DNA from: Myxococcota bacterium
GTDB lineage: Bacteria; Myxococcota; XYA12-FULL-58-9; JABJBS01
Length of the DNA stretch: 64,000 nucleotides
Assembly (NCBI GenBank): GCA_036339465.1
Contig: JAYZAY010000085.1
Coordinates: 32,001 to 96,000 of the forward strand
Reading direction: 5' to 3'
This document shows, one piece after another, positions 59,726 to 64,000 of this stretch. The notes beneath the pieces were generated by a model, which saw only the letters and a program-made list of their open reading frames with translations, was not told where the DNA came from and did not search any database. The position numbers were made by a program, and so were the translations under genes. Every line of letters begins with the position of its first letter. The first letter of the stretch is position 1.

Positions 59726-61276
59726 CTAACCACCAAAGAGGGCGGGGTTTTTCTGGATTGTTGCGTTCTTCCTAAGAAATCCCATCCAATCTGTGAATAT
59801 TTGTCGCCGTTTAGAGGCTAACTTTTCTTCTCGCAGAGATTCTTTCTTTCCTGCGAAGTCTTCATCCGATGGAATTTCTCGGTTTACGAAATGAATGGCG
59901 TAGAAACTATTACCGACTCTATAGGCTTTGTCGGCAACGCTCTTTTCTTCGCTTAATTCAAAGATCGCTTTTTGCAGTTCCTGAGATGTTCCGATACCAG
60001 GGATGGAAGTCTCTTCTTTGAGGATCCAGGGCGTGGTTTTACGGACTATTGCACTAACTGCCTCCATGGGGGGAAGCTGCCGACGTTCTTCTTCGGAAAC
60101 TGTCATTTCATTGAAGGATTTCCCATCCCTTAGGGCGGCGAGAAAGATGTCTGCTTTTTCTTGGGCAACTTTTTCAGCGGCACGCTCCCGGAGTATGGAG
60201 GCAGCGACTTTCTCTTTGACGGTTTCCAGTGCTTTCGTTTCTTCGGGTAATATCTCGTCGATTTTGATGATGTGGTAACCCAATCGAGTTTTGATGGGCG
60301 TTTTTGAATACTCGCCAGCGTTTAGCTGAAACGCCTGTAATTCAAGGCCTTTGAGCATTTGTCCGCTGGTAAAGGTGCCCATTTCACCGCCCTTTGCGGA
60401 GGTTCGTTCATCGTCGGACTCGGTTTTGGCCATGGCTTCGAAGGCTTCTCCCTTATCCAGTCGTTTGAGGAGTTCTAACGCCTTGGCCTCTGCCTCCTTT
60501 CGGGTTTTCTCATCGGCATCGCCGGGGAGTTTTTTCAGTATCTGTCGTACCTTTACGCGCTTACCGGTTTTGTAGCGGTTGATGTCTTTCTCATACCGTT
60601 TTTGGAGGTGATCTCCAGTCTCAGCCATGAGTGCGGCGATTTCTTCTGGATTGGGTTCCGGTTGGGCCAAGGTATTCATATTGAAGCGGACGTAATTGAC
60701 CATGGCGCGATCAAATTCTCGTGTGTACGAGCTTTTGAGCTCTTGGTCAGAAATGGTGATGTTGTCTGTGATGGATTCTCGAAGCTTTTGTCCCAAAAGA
60801 TCCTTGCGAACGGTTTCCTCAAAGCGCCTTGCGGTGGTTTGATACACGTTGTTCACAAACGCTTCCCATTGGTCGGCGGAGACATTCTCGAGTCCGAAGT
60901 TTTTGTTCACGTAGTCCAAAAGCGCATCATTAGAGACCCGAAAGCCGCGTCTGTCTGCCTCTTGGGCGAGTAATTTACCCTCGATTAGCCCATCGATAAC
61001 TTGGGTTTTAAGTCCGAGCCTGGCGATCATCTCAGGATCCAACGTACCCCCGGTTTGTTGGAAGGTTCGTCGTAACTGTTCAATTCTGCGCCCGTAAACC
61101 ACCGAGAAATCACGTTGTGATATAGTCTCATTGTTGACAATGGCTGCGTAGTCGTTTTCGCCCGGGGTACAGCTTCCCGATCCAGGTCCGAAGTTAAGGG
61201 CAAAAACAAAGCAAATTCCACCCAGCATGATGTAGGTGAAAATCGAGGCATTTTTCTTTCTCATATAATCAAGCAT
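59726..61276 (-). CDS. PpiD/SurA-like periplasmic chaperone with parvulin domain
   Basis: MLDYMRK plus TM anchor, SurA N-domain, SDD..TS.KGGEMG, T.LGYHII. Confidence 0.85.
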   Translation of the reverse strand: MLDYMRKKNASIFTYIMLGGICFVFALNFGPGSGSCTPGENDYAAIVNNETISQRDFSVVYGRRIEQLRRTFQQTGGTLDPEMIARLGLKTQVIDGLIEGKLLAQEADRRGFRVSNDALLDYVNKNFGLENVSADQWEAFVNNVYQTTARRFEETVRKDLLGQKLRESITDNITISDQELKSSYTREFDRAMVNYVRFNMNTLAQPEPNPEEIAALMAETGDHLQKRYEKDINRYKTGKRVKVRQILKKLPGDADEKTRKEAEAKALELLKRLDKGEAFEAMAKTESDDERTSAKGGEMGTFTSGQMLKGLELQAFQLNAGEYSKTPIKTRLGYHIIKIDEILPEETKALETVKEKVAASILRERAAEKVAQEKADIFLAALRDGKSFNEMTVSEEERRQLPPMEAVSAIVRKTTPWILKEETSIPGIGTSQELQKAIFELSEEKSVADKAYRVGNSFYAIHFVNREIPSDEDFAGKKESLREEKLASKRRQIFTDWMGFLRKNATIQKNPALFGG

Positions 61277-61350
61277 ACGCGCCGATATATCCTGGGCTAT
61301 TGCTAGGAGCAATAAGGAATCCCTAAGGAAAAGTGAGAAGTGTGAATGTT

Positions 61351-61905
61351 TTAACGAATCATGGGGTTCTGGAAGATTTTCTCGCGCAGATAAGCGAGTT
61401 CCGCGACCGACTGTTGGATGTCGTGGAGGGCGGTGTGCTTACCCTCATCGGGTTTCACATACTTGTCTTTGTACCACCAGTAACCGAGCTCTTTGACGGT
61501 TGAGACGTCGATATTTCGGTAGTGTAGAAACCGCTCGAAGCCCGGCATGTATTTCACAAGGAATCGCCGGTCTTGTCCTATGGAATTTCCACAGAGGGGG
61601 GCGCTTTGGAAGGAGCAGTATCGGGAGACCAGTTGAAGGGCTTTGAGTTCTGCATCTGCAACCGAGAGCTTTGAGAGTTTTATTTTGTCTAAGAGGCAGG
61701 ATTTCCGATGCATTTCACGAACATAGGGGTCCATTGTTTCCAGCACGGAATTAGGCTGCCACACAACTAAATTGAGAGCGGGACATACCTCGGTTAGGTC
61801 TCGGTCCGTAATGATCACGGCTATTTCTACGATCGCGCAGGCTTCGGGATCCAATCCCGTCATCTCTAAATCGACCCAAACCAAGAGATCATCACGTGGA
61901 ATCAT
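61351..61905 (-). CDS. orn: Oligoribonuclease
   Basis: LVWVDLEMTGLD, GNSIGQDRRFL, HYR.IDVST.KEL, H.AL.DI. Confidence 0.96.
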   Translation of the reverse strand: MIPRDDLLVWVDLEMTGLDPEACAIVEIAVIITDRDLTEVCPALNLVVWQPNSVLETMDPYVREMHRKSCLLDKIKLSKLSVADAELKALQLVSRYCSFQSAPLCGNSIGQDRRFLVKYMPGFERFLHYRNIDVSTVKELGYWWYKDKYVKPDEGKHTALHDIQQSVAELAYLREKIFQNPMIR

Positions 61906-62082
61906 TCAAATTCTCCTCTTCGGAGCAAGGTCCATAGCGTACCTTGGTTGTGCCTACAACCCGTGGACCGAGGTTCTACGGGTATAACGACAAACTATTC
62001 GGCGCAGATTGTTTTAAAAACTTGCGAATCTTCTATGAATAATTATAAGTAAGTAGCTTGCTTATGTATAAGGGAGGCCCTC

Positions 62083-62355
62083 ATGGCTGTTATTTCGTTA
62101 CCGACCCCCTTGCGTCCCTACGCAGATAAGAGTGCAGAGGTGGAAGTAAATGGGACTACGGTTGGACAAGCCCTAGATCATTTGACAGAAAAATTTCCTG
62201 CACTTCGAAAACATCTATTTTCTGAGGACGGAAGCTTGCGAAGTTTTGTCAATGTATATTTGAATGACGAGGATATTCGCTTCCTCGATAAAGGGGCGAC
62301 AAAGGTTGGTGAGAGGGATGCGCTGAGCATTATCCCGTCTATTGCTGGAGGCTGA
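62083..62355 (+). CDS. MoaD/ThiS/CysO-family ubiquitin-like sulfur carrier
   Basis: LPTPLR, FVNVYLNDEDIR, C-terminal IAGG. Confidence 0.9.
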   Translation: MAVISLPTPLRPYADKSAEVEVNGTTVGQALDHLTEKFPALRKHLFSEDGSLRSFVNVYLNDEDIRFLDKGATKVGERDALSIIPSIAGG

Positions 62356-62359
62356 AAAA

Positions 62360-63496
62360 ATGACGCACCTGACGAATGCTGAAATACAGCGCTATTCGAG
62401 ACATCTTATCTTAGAAGAGGTTGGAATGGCGGGGCAGGAAAAACTGAAAGGAAGTTCCGTATTATGCGTGGGAACCGGAGGACTGGGTTCTCCGTTACTT
62501 CTGTATTTGGCTGCGGCTGGGGTGGGTCGAATCGGTGTTGTCGATTTTGATGTCGTTGATGTTTCGAATTTACAACGGCAGGTGCTCCATGGAACATCGT
62601 CGGTTGGAAAGAAAAAGATAGAATCAGCGAAAGAACGGATTCTCGATATCAACCCATTTGTTCAGGTCGATTTGTACGACCAGCCGTTAAATAGTGAGAA
62701 TGCACTCCAGACGATGGAGCCATATGATGTTGTTGTAGATGGTACCGACAATTTTCCGACACGGTATTTGGTCAATGATGCTTGTGTCTTGCTGGGAAAG
62801 CCCAATGTATATGGGTCGATCTTTAAGTTCGAAGGTCAGTGTACCGTTTTTAATTATGCAGGTGGTCCCAATTATCGCGACTTGTATCCTGAGCCTCCCC
62901 CTCCAGGCTTGGTACCCTCATGTGCCGAAGGCGGCGTTTTAGGTATTTTACCTGGTGTTATTGGATGTTTGCAGGCGACGGAAACAATTAAAGTACTTTT
63001 GGGGGTTGGGGAAACGTTAAGTGGGAGACTTCTCACCTACGATGCTCTCAATATGAAATTCAAAGAGTTTAAATTACGTTGTGACCCCGAGACCAAGCCG
63101 ATCACAGAACTTATTGATTATCAGCAATTCTGCGGAATTCCGGCCAATGGCCATGAACAAAGGAAAAATGCAGAAGGCGGGATTGAAAATATTTCTCCGG
63201 TTCAACTGAATTCTCGTTTGTCTGCGGTTGGACTACAGCTTGTTGATGTTAGAGAACCTCATGAGTGGGATATTTGCCGGATTCAGGGAGCGACCTTAAT
63301 TCCTTTGAGAGAAATAGAACAACGTTTGAGTGAACTGGACCCCCAAAAAGAAACGGTTGTCTATTGTAAAATGGGTGGTCGTTCTAAGAAAGCCTACGTC
63401 ATTCTAAATGGCAAAGGATTTGGTCGGTTGACTAATTTAGAGGGAGGCATCCGAGCTTGGAGCAAACAGGTCGACAGCGACATGCCTCAGTACTAA
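62360..63496 (+). CDS. moeB: MoeB/MoeZ-type adenylyltransferase with C-terminal rhodanese domain
   Basis: RYSRHL, GTGGLGS, SNLQRQ, PSCAEGGVLG, DVREP.E, YCKMGGRS. Confidence 0.9.
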   Translation: MTHLTNAEIQRYSRHLILEEVGMAGQEKLKGSSVLCVGTGGLGSPLLLYLAAAGVGRIGVVDFDVVDVSNLQRQVLHGTSSVGKKKIESAKERILDINPFVQVDLYDQPLNSENALQTMEPYDVVVDGTDNFPTRYLVNDACVLLGKPNVYGSIFKFEGQCTVFNYAGGPNYRDLYPEPPPPGLVPSCAEGGVLGILPGVIGCLQATETIKVLLGVGETLSGRLLTYDALNMKFKEFKLRCDPETKPITELIDYQQFCGIPANGHEQRKNAEGGIENISPVQLNSRLSAVGLQLVDVREPHEWDICRIQGATLIPLREIEQRLSELDPQKETVVYCKMGGRSKKAYVILNGKGFGRLTNLEGGIRAWSKQVDSDMPQY

Positions 63497-63507
63497 GATC
63501 CTAACTC

Positions 63508-63954
63508 TTAGGGAGCGTTGGATGAGGATCGGATCAGAGCTAGGATCCAGCCCCGGAAACCGATTAAATCTTTCTTTGTTGTGCGGGTGGTATCGACTTC
63601 AACACCGTGCTCGATGAGATTAGAGTCGCGGGTTGCTCTCCAAACCACACGTCCGGCCAACGATAGCTTTTGGCCTTGCGGTGGGATGTCGAAGTTGAGC
63701 TCTAAGTTCGACCCTATGGGAAGCTCTTGGTCTAGAATGATGCAGGTGCCAATTGGGCTAAGGTTTTTTGCTTCTCCAATGATCAGGGCGTGTGCTGAGA
63801 GTTGTATCTTGACGTCAACTTGAATGGCTTCACGTCGCAATCGCCTGCGGTTGTGGGGAGAGTTTTCTTCCTTGGCGGGCGTTTGACCACGGAGTTTTTT
63901 TGCTAGGTTTATCAAGAGCTCAATCAACGTAGTCCTCGGCGGTGAGGGTTCCAC
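63508..63954 (-). CDS. PilZ-domain protein
   Basis: RRRLRR (RxxxR), NLSPIG, GRVVW, GVE. Confidence 0.75.
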   Translation of the reverse strand: MEPSPPRTTLIELLINLAKKLRGQTPAKEENSPHNRRRLRREAIQVDVKIQLSAHALIIGEAKNLSPIGTCIILDQELPIGSNLELNFDIPPQGQKLSLAGRVVWRATRDSNLIEHGVEVDTTRTTKKDLIGFRGWILALIRSSSNAP

Positions 63955-64000
63955 TGTGACGTTTAAATCTTCTAATTTCCGGTTGATTCTTGGGTTGCAG

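Noticed and set aside
62353..62355. Sec read-through fusing the sulfur carrier to MoeB
   Set aside because: TGA follows the canonical C-terminal GG and moeB is in a different frame
397..63823. Many 60-190 aa ORFs nested within or antisense to well-identified genes
   Set aside because: No motifs or RBS support; typical shadow ORFs

Overview
A mostly core-genome bacterial window with no prophage, IS element or CRISPR array. Gene content suggests a Myxococcota/deltaproteobacterial lineage: PilZ proteins, a Myxococcus-type LexA box and TPR proteins. Housekeeping genes include mgtE, rsgA, serS, tig-clpP-clpX-lon, recA, mltG, an slt-type transglycosylase, lexA, typA, gyrA, E2-lipB-lipA, gatCAB, uvrD/pcrA, radA, ppiD-like, orn and moaD/moeB-like. 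Reading the DNA directly adds features the ORF track misses. (i) A selenocysteine system: selD has an in-frame TGA at its catalytic residue followed by a SECIS-like hairpin, and a tRNA-Sec gene sits just upstream of serS. (ii) An atypical five-gene chemosensory cluster (two CheX-like proteins sharing a C-terminal G-x-LEFF tail, CheY and two MCP-type proteins) with no CheA or CheW in the window, plus decayed cheY and cheA remnants about 5 kb away. (iii) Three abutting 16-bp LexA boxes before lexA and one before recA. (iv) A 277-bp compound 15/16-bp tandem array just downstream of lexA. (v) An MltG with a long N-terminal GAF-like extension. All family calls come from motif recognition by eye; no database search was run.
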